A stretch of 64,000 nt of DNA, from NCBI GenBank assembly GCA_002633005.1, contig NMRA01000013.1, forward strand, positions 606,297 to 670,296, read 5' to 3'. Position 1 is the first letter of the stretch. Every line of letters starts with the position of its first letter. Under the pieces are notes generated by a model, which saw only the letters and a program-made list of their open reading frames with translations, was not told the origin of the DNA and did not search any database. Shown piece after piece: positions 52,854 to 64,000 of the stretch. This DNA comes from Phoronis australis. Its lineage: Eukaryota; Animalia; Phoronida. The translations under genes were made by a program, and so were the position numbers.

Positions 52854-53322
52854 TAGTTACCGGCACGAAAATCAATCAACACACTGTAAGCAACATGTGC
52901 CTTGTATGCAACTTGAAACAGGAGAAAATACACATTGAAATGAAGTACCTTAGAAAATTCTAGTACTGACAAAACGTGACTGTCACTAATGTCGCTGAAG
53001 ATGCAAAAATTGATAAGACTTCGCAGAAACTCCCTCGTTTTGTTTGCAGTTCAAATCTTGCCGCTCAAACGATTTAAAAATCTTGTGTCAAAAACTTCCG
53101 CGAGACTTTGTATGACCCTGGCTGAATGGCATAAGGATTGTGTAGAAATGATGCAGAGCAAATTTCACTTATCAATCAAAGAATCTCAGGAGTTGTATTT
53201 CAGCATTTAGTATTTATTTTGAACGCGGTATATTGTATGCCAGGTCACTTCCAGTCTCCGATATTCTTATGTTCACATGTGTATTAGTTGGTCTTAGAAT
53301 TAAACTCCAACATACTACACTA

Positions 53323-54832
53323 AACACAAATGCGCCCACAATTGCACCGTCAACGGTATCCTTCTAGGGTTGTTTATTGGTACCATAAAGTTGCCAGTAG
53401 AGGGCATATATGTAGTATGTTGCACTTTGCAAAATGGAAAGGCATGGTCATTGTCTCCTCAATAGGCTAGGGGCAAAATGTGAGTGATCTTCATAATACA
53501 AGCACATCCTATACATCAGTTGCTTAAAGCACTACAGAAACATAGAATTAAAAACAAATTTACCAACATACGAGATTAGCACAGCATTAAAATGCCAGAA
53601 ACAAATTTCTACTTGGAACTTTTCCTTCATAGTCACGAAGTAACACAAAGTATACACCTGAAGACCTATATGAAAATACAGAGGTCAATGTAAAATACTT
53701 AAATTGCCACTAGAGGCATACCGGTAGTCCGAATCATCCTAAAGTCCTCTTCGTCCGTTGTCAACATCACATAAATACACTTGCTAAATTTAGTAAAGAT
53801 CCTGCAAACGGTTTGGGAGATACAGCCATGGGCGCAAAAAAAAAACTGCCACTAGCAGGGCTTGGAATGACCAATGACAAAAAACGCGGAAACTTTGAAA
53901 CTTTTACGGCCCAAATCATGCCCGATAACCAGCCTTGAAATGGTCAATGTGAACCTTCCCCAACAAAAATCGGGACTAAAAAAAAAAAAAAAAACAAACG
54001 TTACCACCATCAGTAGCTTGCGTGTACGTCCTTTTAGCTCGCTCGTCCACTCCCAACCCACACATTTTTGGCTGCAGAGCGGTAGTATTTGTCGCCGCGC
54101 CTAACAATAACACGAGACGCCATTGAAAATCCCACCACGCTGTAACAGATGCCCCGGCAATGTTGACAATTTACGTTCCTCCGAAACATAAAGAGCAACT
54201 TCCGCTTTTCGAGGTGAACGTTGTCTGCAACGCCGAGGTAAGAAAGGAATTTGCCGCGGAAATTTTATATCAAATTCGAGTTTTTTACGCGGAAATATTA
54301 TAAAAAAAGCGGAAAGCACATTTGAAAAAAGCGGAAATCCGCGTTTCCGCGGAAAATTCCAAGCCCTGCACTAGGAGGCGCCAAAGTAATCAAAGTCATG
54401 GGAAATTCAGCGTCAACCATCCTCTTCATACTAAGAACATACATGCCAATTTTCACGATCATACTTAGAGCGGTTTGGTTGATAGAGGGGAGGACGCCAA
54501 AAAACAGACTCAAAAACAGTAAAAATGGCCACTGGGTGTCGCAAACTAGGTCGAATCCATCCGAGAACAGAAGAATAGCGTCATCGCACTAATAGGTGCC
54601 TACATACCAAATTACATGAAAATCCGTTCAGGACTTGTGAAGATAAAGAGGTAAACGTAAAAAAAAAATTGCCACTAGGGGGCACACTGGTAGTTGGATC
54701 CGTTCGAAAGTTCGCCAAATTTCATGAACGTATGTCAAAGGGTTTTGGAGATAGAGTAGCGGACGCCGGACACCGGATGGACGTAGATGACGGCATAATG
54801 CGTCCACATATAAATATGTGGGCGCATAAAAA
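53323..54832 (-). mobile_element. DINE-1/HINE-like element, copy 3 (interrupted by a MITE)
   Basis: 3' subTIR aaatgcgcccaca at ~53327, array motifs, and a 5' end atgcgtccacatataaatatgtgggcgcataaaa ending at 54832. Confidence 0.75.
53856..54368. mobile_element. 513-bp MITE with 13-bp TIRs and 6-bp TSD, copy 1
   Basis: cagggcttggaat ... attccaagccctg. TSD cactag at 53850-53855 and 54369-54374. Removing the element restores the host motif gccactaggaggcgc. Confidence 0.93.
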
Positions 54833-54930
54833 TAAACAACTTCAACAAAAAAGTCATGTAATTCGTGCACATTTCCATTATTGGTTGATTCGTGTTTGCT
54901 ACCTCGACACTGAATTCCTGCCATATATGA

Positions 54931-57134
54931 AACAAGACCAACGCGGAGCATTGAAATGCGCCCACAAATACATCGCAAATGGTGTGCGTTTAAGGTTATT
55001 TAATTGTATCATAAAAATTGCCATTAGATAACGCAAAAACATACAATTCAACCAAAAATGGGAACATGCCATATTTCATGAAAGCTGTCAAGGAACTTCA
55101 CAGAAACAAAGGAAAACAGAATAAAACAGGGCTTGGAATGACCAATGACAAAAAACGCGGAAACCTTGAAACTTTTACGGCCCAAATCATGCCCGATAAC
55201 CAGCCTTGAAATGGTCAACGTTAACCTTTACCCGACAAAAATCAGGAGGACTAAAATAAAAAAAAAACAAAAAAAAACGTTACCACCATCAGTAGCATGC
55301 GTCTGCGTCCTTTTAGCTCGCCCGTCCACTCCCAACCCACACATTTTTGGCTGCAGAGCGGTAGTATTTGTCGCCGCGCTTAACAATAACACGAGACGCC
55401 ATTGAAAATCCCATCACGCTGTCCCAGATGCCCCGGCAATGTTGACAATTTACGTTCCTCCGGAACATAAAGAGCAACTTCCGCTTTTCGAGGTGAACGT
55501 CGTCTGCAACGCCGAGGTAACAAAGGAATTTGCCGCGGAAATTTTATATCAAATCCGATTTTTTTACGCGGAAATATTATAAAAAAAGCGGAAAGCACAT
55601 TTGAAAAAAGCGGAAATCCGCGTTTCCGCGGAAAATTCCAAGCCCTGATAAAATGAAATTGCCACTTGTGGGCACAGTGTCCTTGGATCCGCCTGAAAGT
55701 CGTCGTTTGTTGTTATTGATATATAAATACTACTAAATTTAATAAAGAGCCTGCAGTGGGCTTAGGAGATATAGCTAAGGGTACAAAACAAAACTACCAC
55801 TAGAAGGCGCCACAGTAGTCAATCGCCATCATCAAACGTTCTCTTCACACTGAAAACATATACACCAATTTTCAAAACCATCCCTAGAATGATTTGGTTG
55901 ATAGAGGGGTGGACGCTAAAAATGGCCACTATAGAGGTGCAAAATACCTCGATTCCATCCAAAAACAGGAAGATAGCATCATCTCACCAATAGCTCCCTG
56001 TATTCAAAATTTTATGAAAATCTGTTGGGACCTTTGAAGATACCGAGTAAAAGTAAAAAAACTAAAATTGCCACTAGAGGGCACACCAATTATCAGATCT
56101 ATAAGAAAGTCGCCGTCATCCGTTGTCAACATCATATAAATACACTTGCTAAATTAAGTAAACTCAAAAGACCCTGCAAACGGTTTAGGAGATAATACCA
56201 AGAGCGCAAAACAACAAAACTGCCCCTAGGAGGCACCACAGTAGTCAAAAAATTATCATCAGCAGTCCAGTTCATAGTAAAAACATACACGCCAATTTTC
56301 ACAATTATCCTGAAAGCGGTTTGGTTGATAGACGAGTGGACGACAGACTCGAAAACAATAAAAATGGCCACTAGGTGCACAAACTAGGTCGAATCCATCT
56401 GAAAACGGAGAGATAGTGTCACCTCATTAACAGATGCCTGTATGCCTAATTTTATGAAAATACCTTGAGGATCTTTGAACATACAGAGGTAAACGTAAAA
56501 AAAAATAAAATTGCCACAAGGTGGCACACTAGTTCTCAAATCTGTCTGAAAGTCGTCGTCTTCTGTTGTTAACATCACCTAAACACATTCACTAAATTTA
56601 GTAAAGATTCTGCAAACGGTTTAGAAGATACAGCCATAGGCGCGAAACTGCCACTAGGAGGCGCTACAGTAGTCGAAAAATCATTGTCAGCCGTCAACTT
56701 CATAGTTTAACAACTATATGCCAATTTTCACAATCATCCTTTGAGCAGTTTGGTTGATAGAGGGGTGGACATAAAAAACAGAATCGAAAACAGTAAAAAT
56801 GGCCACTAGGTGGCGCAAACTACGTCGAATCAATCCGAAAACAGAAGGATAGCGTCATCTCAATAATAGGTGCCTATATGCTAAATTTCATGAAAATCCG
56901 TTCAGGACTTTTAAGATACAGACTGAGGTAAACGTAAAAAATAAAAGTTGTCACTAGGGGGCACACCGGTACTCTGATCTGTCTGAAAGTTCGCTCATGC
57001 CATCCCATTCATGGAAGGAACATATGTGAAAAATTTTATGAACATAAATCAGGGAATTTTAGAGATAGAGCAGCGGACGCCGGACACTGGACGGAGATGA
57101 CGGCATAATGCGTCCACATGAGGGCACATAAAAA
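54931..57134 (-). mobile_element. DINE-1/HINE-like element, copy 4 (interrupted by a MITE)
   Basis: 3' hairpin caacgcggagcattg plus subTIR atgcgcccac at ~54939-54965, about ten array subunits, and a 5' end gacggcataatgcgtccacatgagggcacataaaaa. Confidence 0.8.
55127..55647. mobile_element. 521-bp MITE with 13-bp TIRs and 6-bp TSD, copy 2
   Basis: Same TIRs and body as 53856-54368. TSD ataaaa at 55121-55126 and 55648-55653. The uninterrupted site (ggaaaacagaataaaatgaaattgcc) is present on the - strand at ~18729-18754. Confidence 0.93.
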
Positions 57135-57305
57135 GTAGGCCAGCTATTAAACAACACATGACCCTGGACCTGCATGTCAGTCACCACAGGCACCACAAAT
57201 CCTCAATGACTCAGCCATATAAGATGCATGATTTATTAATAGTACACTGTTGGTGCTAATCTATGGTTAATAAATTATGAGGAGCAGATAGCTTCAAGGG
57301 CCTGT

Positions 57306-57546
57306 AAAAAAAAATAATTGCAGGCGGTCTGATACACGTTGTACCAGACGTGCGCAGGCCTCGCATGTGGGCCCATTGCACTGATCACCTGGAAATATTT
57401 TTATGCTTTATTAATATATGGTTAAAACTGAGCTGAGGAGCTAGAAACCAGGCTCAAGGGTCTAGCAGTGTCACCTGGTGGGACTCGAACCCACGACCTC
57501 GAGTAAAGAAAGCGGGCACTTATCAACCAGGCCACACTGCCTCCTC
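57306..57546 (-). mobile_element. tRNA-derived SINE, copy 2, with 12-bp TSD
   Basis: A and B boxes as in copy 1. tcaagggcctgt flanks it at 57294-57305 and 57547-57558. Confidence 0.9.
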
Positions 57547-57778
57547 TCAAGGGCCTGTGGTCACTAGTGTCATTTCACCTTTCGAGGTATTAATAAAGCG
57601 AAGATATTGCTTTTAAACATCAGTAACAATTCCAAAGTTACAGAATCATTATTTACAGCATTAGTCAATATAGAGTCAACTATAGAGACATAATGCTTCA
57701 ATAATCAACTTCAAGTGTAACAGTTGATGGAAGTTCATGACAAGTCAAGGCTTCACAGCACTGACAGGAGCATAGAAC

Positions 57779-57933
57779 CAGTGCTGTAGTGGGATGTAGG
57801 CGCACATAGGCGCAGCCAACCACCTTTTGGCATTGAAACGTAGCGCCTATGCACCGTAAGTTACGTTCAGTGCTCAAGGTAATACCATGGGCTTTGGGTA
57901 ATACTTCTAATTTTACCACTGACTACAGCACTA
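57779..57933. mobile_element. 155-bp hAT-type MITE
   Basis: cagtgctgtagt ... actacagcacta inverted termini. 8-bp TSD catagaac/catagaat at 57771-57778 and 57934-57941. Confidence 0.8.
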
Positions 57934-58627
57934 CATAGAATGGACATTCTGTTTGAGTAGACTTGTGAACGTAATGTCTAGATTAATAAAGTAATTAACT
58001 CAAACCAGCCTAGAAGCAGAGTAACTAACAATCTGCACGCACCCATCCACGGGGGTAAAGCATGACAGATATGAACTTAAAGTACATAATTTTCTAAAAG
58101 CAGAAAGCCTGATGAATTTGATTTTTGACTTCTTACTTAATATCTACCGTTCATAAGGTCATATGACCATATCTTCTAATACCAGAAAGGAAAAATTATT
58201 TTGATAGAAAAAAGTAACATTACCAAATTATATTTTTTACAAAAGTTCAATGTGAAATGTCAAAAACGCTGTTACAATTTTCTGAATTATGGCATTTCAT
58301 TTTTGTCTTATTCGACTTTTTTCATGAAAATCATAAGTCTTACTCTTTGATAGCCACTCAATCCAAAAGTGGAGCTTCTAAGAACTAATTCCTAACAGCG
58401 ACTTGGAAACAATTGAGTAAAGCATAGTATATGAAAGTTGCATGTGAATCTGAACAGCCATTTCTGAGATATTATGTTCCGAAGTATATTCCAAATTTGG
58501 GATTTTTGCTAGGACCCTACATAACCTGAAACCCATTGAAACTATCATAGCCAAGGTAGGAAAATTTTGTGTAAAATAACCCCCTCCCCCCCGAGAGACA
58601 AACATTTCCTAAATTAAATGTACTTAC

Positions 58628-58687
58628 CGTAAACCTGTCTGTGCTGCGCGGACACCGAGATAAGCTACACATACGGCTACATGCGCC
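58628..58687 (-). CDS. probable upstream exon of the stabilin-like gene
   Basis: ttattcAG|...ACG|GTaagt; 60 bp, phase 0 to 0. Encodes GACSRMCSLSRCPRSTDRFT, resembling the Cys-rich segment that precedes the CCPG module in stabilins. Confidence 0.6.
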
Positions 58688-58987
58688 CTGAATAAGGATT
58701 AAGAAACAAATGAAAGACAACTATTAAGTGCACGCGCTTAAGAGCAATTCCAAATAAAAACCAGATGGTGGGCTATACATGCAAAATCACCGATCTTTTT
58801 GAAACTTATTAAACCAGCTGGCCTTGACAAATAAAACGTGAGCCTGATTTTTATGAGTTTTTGAGTTTTGTAAACCTTTTACAACGACTTTGTATTTCGT
58901 CTTAAAAATCACGAATATAAATACTGGGAAGTGGACGGTAACTACATCAGTAAAACATCGCTTCACACTGTAGCAAAAACAATGATT

Positions 58988-59144
58988 TATGATCGACATA
59001 TGTCCCAAATAATAGATAAATGATTCGGGCGTCGCAAGCTCGTTACCAGAGATGAAAAGGAGACCGAGGTAGGCGATATAAGGTCATTAAATATGACTAG
59101 AACAATTACAAGAAATTGAATACAGGTAAATAACGTATAATAGG
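58988..59144 (+). repeat. ~190-bp local duplication, copy A (continues at 61303-61334 after the insertion)
   Basis: Aligns with 61678-61871 (gtcgcaagctcgttaccagaga, ggtaggcgatataaggtcatt, tacaggtaaataacgtataatagg). Confidence 0.9.
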
Positions 59145-61297
59145 CCGGGCTCGACGCTATTAAAATCGCCAGGTCGCATTTTGAAACCTAGCCAAGATCC
59201 CAGGTCGCATTTTCAAAATCCAGCTCGCATTCGTAAATGCCAGGTCGCAAAATTTTCCCGCCATTTTTACGCGCCAAAATAGATTTTTTAGATCACCGAG
59301 AAAATGTTTAGATTAAGCTCTTACCTGCAGCGTTAAATACTCACAAATTTCGAATCTCAAAATTGACTTCATTCATGCAGGTACGGCCTTACTGTTCTCC
59401 ACCTCACCGCCATTAAAAGACTCTAAAGCGCAAGGCAAGTTGCCGACGTTTAAGTTGAATCAGTGCTCTCTAACTGACTTGTGCATTCGAGTAGCTAAAT
59501 TTGCGATGTGAAAAGGGAGAAAATGCCCGTTGAAAAACTATCCGGGATTTTGTTAGATCTGGCCTGCTACTGGCTGTCATCAAAGTCGTTAACGATTCAA
59601 ACTAACTCGGGTAATGGCGAGTTTGCTCCTCAATACCTTCCAAGTACGGGAAAAAAAGGTCAGTCACAAAACGACACGCATGTCATTAGTGTTAACTTTC
59701 TTTCCGAGGTATAAAACAAAGCCGGGATTTGGTTTTTACATATTGTGAAAAGACATTTTTGAAAACTGAAGTTGTGTAAAATGAAAGTGACACACCATAT
59801 AAGCTGCGTGTCAATTTTAAACCACACGCGGTCGTTTGTAGTGCGCTATGATGGGCGCTAGCTTGAACTGTGGGCGCTTAATTGGAAATTCTTAAAATTT
59901 AAGGGGGGACTTTTAATAGATCAGTGAGCACTTATTATGAAACACTTTAAAGGTAGGGAGTAGGCTTGTGCGTGAGCATAGTCGTTAACCTCAGTGTTTG
60001 CGGTAATAAGGTATTAAAACGCTGCAGTGGTAAGAAACGTTATAATAATATGATTTTGCGAGGCAAACTCCATCTAGTAGAGGTGAATTTCTGGATATCG
60101 TTACCACCTACATTGTACCCTTTTTAGCCACCCAGAATGATTTTGTTTTTAACTGCCCGCTTCAGCCGGAACAAGGTTGTTTCTATAGGAGTCTGAACAT
60201 TTTACGGCGACGGTGGTTCGGGGAGCGAAAAGTTGCCGGGGAGAGTGAGGGGGTGTATAAAGAGAAGAATGAAAAGTTCGCTAACATGAACCACAGTTTC
60301 GCATCTAGTGCCAGTTTAGTTGCAATAGCTGGCTACAGGTATAGAACACAGGGTTTACAGAACATCGACCTCGGGAAACACTGGTACAAGAAAACGTCAG
60401 TTCTGGGTTATATCGGTCCCGGGACATCGGGTCTTTTATAACCGCTGGAAATCTGAGTTCATTTTCAAATAAACCAGAACCAAGACGGTATACTCTTTCA
60501 TTTAGGACTGTCGCTGTTCTTTAAAGTGGTGCGCACGCATGAGTTCACGCACTTGAATCACTGGAGTAGGCCTACACTTTACGTTGGCAACAACGTGTGA
60601 AAGACACGTCATATTTCGCGCACGTAGCCCCAGAAACAAGTAAAGGGTTTGCGAATTTCTTGGCAACTGAAAGTAAAGACGTGACCGTCGTTTGGCGATT
60701 AATAAGGTTGTCATTTTCACTTTGGTTGTCTTAATACGATAAAAAGGAGAAGCACATCTCAGTCTAAGTCACGACTGTCTGCCGGGACCGCTTGCGCGCG
60801 GCGGTGTCGCAATGCGATATCAGGGATATTGTCGTGGATATTTGGTACATGTAATAAGGACATCTCATGTGAAAAAAAAAAAATTTGTCCACCACAAAGT
60901 TTGGTAAGTTGATCGCTTAAGAATTAGCAGAAACACCGTTGTTTTGTGAAGTTTTATCACGTGTTAAGCTGTGGCCCGAAGCTTTCTTCGGCGAATCCGG
61001 GAATTTACAAATTAAGTGGCTGAAAGTGTTAGCCAATGAAACGCGTCAAAGATCGATTCTGCATATCCCATGTTCACGCGACTTGCTTACAAGTCATCGG
61101 GATGGCTGTTCTCGGTTAGTGTTCTTTTGAACTTGGATTTGGCATCAACCACATAACAGTCGGTAAAAAGTCAGCTCGCATTCGTTGGAAATTCCAGGTC
61201 GCATTTTGCGACTTGATACGAGCTGACAAATATCTCGGCTCGCATTTCCAAATTTCAGGTCGCAAATGCGACCTGCACCTCATTATGTCGAGCCCTG
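59145..61297. mobile_element. 2153-bp non-autonomous DNA transposon with 5-bp TSD (hAT5-like)
   Basis: ccgggctcgac ... gtcgagccctg termini. TSD atagg at 59140-59144 and 61298-61302. Four cag(g/c)tcgca-type subterminal repeats at each end. Empty site at 61821-61871. Confidence 0.9.
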
Positions 61298-61677
61298 ATA
61301 GGTAATCTCTGGTAAGATGGGCAATAAAAAGCGCCGGCCATGTGGAAGTACGAGAGAATGACGAAAACTGGGAGGAAGAGGGTGGGAAAATTGAATGAGT
61401 TTTTAACGTATGACAATGTGGCCGGAACAAAGTGAACTGAAAGCGAGGTTACAATAACAAAGAAAAACGTCCCTAAAGACACGTGACAATCAATAACCTA
61501 TAAGAGCCAAGAGCTGACCAAACTCGAGGCACGTGATAACAGTAGACCAATGCGAAGGCTGGAAAAACGACGTGTAGTCCTACACAAGGGAATAATGGAA
61601 AAGATCAATATGAGGGGGAAAAGGAGTAAGGCGGGTCCATATGCTCACATAAATATATTTTAAGAGTTAAATACCAT

Positions 61678-61871
61678 TTATGATCAACATATGTCCCCAA
61701 TAATAGATAAATGATACATGAGTCGCAAGCTCGTTACCAGAGACGAAGAGGAGATCAAGGTAGGCGATATAAGGTCATTTATTATGACTAGTACAATAAT
61801 TACAATAAAATAAATACAGGTAAATAACGTATAATAGGTAATCTCTGGTAAGATGGGCAATAAAAAGCGCC
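61678..61871 (+). repeat. ~190-bp local duplication, copy B (uninterrupted)
   Basis: Contains taacgtataataggtaatctctggtaagatgggcaataaaaagcgcc with a single atagg. Confidence 0.9.
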
Positions 61872-62395
61872 ACAAGAGATGTTGTAAGACAGCTCATGCC
61901 CATTCGCTAGGGACGCACGAAGGGAGAGAAATGAAAAGAAAAGGGGTGCAGGACTACTTACAAACGCTGTCAGCCGGATACCTCACCCAAACTGGAGGGG
62001 GAGGTACGATTGCCAGGGCTGGAACAGGTGCCGGTGTTGTCTCACCCCGTGTCGTGGTGGGAAGAAAATTTGATAAATGACGGAAAAACAAGGGAGAAAA
62101 AATGAACTTAAATACAACAAATGAACAGGTAAGCTACAGCACGAAAGGCAGGGTATGCAAACTAAAATGAAACGAGAGAGAAACGAAAAAATCAAAGCTA
62201 AGGACAATATAAAAAATGGCTTACAGAGAATAACAAAATAGCTAAGGGAAATAAAGCTAACAATAGGAGGATTATAAAGGTAGAGTAACAAGTCAAGAAT
62301 AAATGAACACAAAATATAGCCCGATGCCTAACAAAATGTCTAACAGGGAGTACATAAGGACTGGTAAGGTGACTGAAGAAAAAAAGACGAGGAGA

Positions 62396-62731
62396 GACAC
62401 TTGGCAAAATTAACCAAAAAGATGACGATAAAGATGATGACAAAGATGACAAATATGACGTTGATGGTGGCGAGGATGAACAATAGAAGTAATAATAACA
62501 TACACATGACGAACGTAGAGGTTCAAAATCAGTAAGAAAACGGCTACAGTCTTGAGGGACACTTGGCGAAATTAACAGAAAAGACAACGACGGAGATGAT
62601 GACGAAGATGATGACGAAGATGACGACGAAGATGACGAATATGATGATGGTGGTGGCGATGATGAACAACATTAATACATTCATATGATGAACTCAGATG
62701 TCATAAATCAATAAGAAATAGGCTACAGTCT
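62396..62731. repeat. ~160-175-bp tandem duplication containing a (GAT/GAC/GAA)n tract
   Basis: Two units, each gacacttggc(a/g)aaattaac...GAY tract...gatgaacaa...ggctacagtct. The triplet tract is longer in unit 2. Confidence 0.85.
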
Positions 62732-64000
62732 AGTTCAATAGAAGATAAACCAACATCAATGCAGCAAGACCGCTCAACAAAGGAACAGCGTTATCAGAAA
62801 ATCACAAATAACTCAAAAAGTAGACGTCCTAGCGAAAAATGAAAAACATCTTCTGAAAGCCCGTTCAAAACTCTATTTAAAGTCCTTGTTGCAAACTGCC
62901 CATGTGGTTCCAGTATCCGAAAATACTTACTACATAAATTCTTATTTTCGACACCCTTTCTTTATATTCTTTTCGCCTTTCTTGCCAAAAGCGATTTTGT
63001 AACAGTATTTGACCCTTCTCTCTGAGCGTATGATTACCGGTTGTCATCGGTTATTTCCGTACCCACATTTCCGGCTCATCAGTTCAGGAACTTGTCCTGA
63101 ACGCCGCCATTTTTTCCTTGTAACTGAATGTGCTATGGCTTGCTCGAAGTCTTCATTATTTTGTTTTATTAGTAATATATCGTGATTCGTTTGCATATGT
63201 AGTGTATTTATAGTTTGTAGTTAGTGGTCGTTGATTTTTTTGGAATGTTACGCGTACGGTAAAGTCGCGTGATTTTCGGACGGCCTGCCATTTTCGACCA
63301 ACAATAAATATTTCCGAAATGAGTTTTTCATGGTCCACGAAATTCGTACAAGGTCCAAAAACTGTTTGTCAATGATCCTCGAATTTCGGACAATGTCATA
63401 AACGTCGGATTTTTGCCCCGCGACTTTCGGACCAGGAAAATTTTAGAAAAGCTAATTTGGGATCGACGCAACTCCCGTGTCACTAAAGCGTTCAACGGAT
63501 GATTACTACTCTATAAGGCTTGAATCTGAGAATTGGTGTAACGGGCTTTGTAATTTTTACCTTGTCTTGGCGATGTCATGACCGTTACTCGATTGTCTTG
63601 CGTTTAGCTCGTGTTTGGCGCTTTAGCTATGGAAAGAGTCACCGAGTCCCGCATGACGAAAATTTCTGATGAAAATACAAATGGGAAATACACCGAAGGC
63701 TGCAGTTTTTCGTTGTAGCGTAACGTGTGCTCTGGTTTAATTAGACCGTGTTGTTCGACTTCGGACTGTGACATTGAACTTGCATGCCTGACATCAACTT
63801 GCGTGTTTACGAAACGTTTTTATTTTTAAAACGTCCTGGCCTTTGCAAATGCCCTTGTTAGTGGCTAAAATCTCCGGCGACGTGTCCCGATTTTATTCTT
63901 GACGTGATGAGAAATATTTTTTGATTAGGCCCCTATTCACAATAGGCCACAGCTAAGTCTGTCCGTAGGATATCGCGCCTTCAAAATAGTGTAGATAGTG

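Noticed and set aside
57698-57919. Cys-containing 73-aa ORF as a further exon
   Set aside because: It largely overlaps the 155-bp MITE, which has its own TIRs and TSD.
61983-62587. Hydrophobic and Ser-rich ORFs on the - strand
   Set aside because: By-products of an A-rich + strand and the GAT-type microsatellite; no domain evidence.

Overview
AT-rich animal (most likely marine invertebrate) genomic DNA, mostly intronic or intergenic and dense with non-autonomous repeats. Two host genes are supported: (1) a 407-aa rhodopsin-class GPCR of the FMRFamide/sex-peptide-receptor-like clade with an intronless CDS (+, 39538-40761); (2) three short Cys-rich exons on the - strand (58628-58687, 48838-48924, 46232-46343), the last two of which splice in frame into a stabilin-like EGF module. 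No further exon of that gene was found, so the GPCR may be nested antisense in a very large intron. The main structure in the window is a DINE-1/HINE-like (Helentron-type) element family, present as four copies plus a fragment. Its internal ~450-bp (3 x ~150-bp) tandem array carries a CTCF-consensus-like motif about every 145 bp, and it has been hit twice, independently, by a 6-bp-TSD MITE. Also present: a 2.15-kb element with a 5-bp TSD whose empty site lies in the same window, a tRNA-derived SINE ending in a T-run, a Penelope-like palindromic insertion with a variant hammerhead core, a pogo-like element carrying a decayed HIRAN domain, and several older dispersed repeats. All calls were made by eye with no database search.
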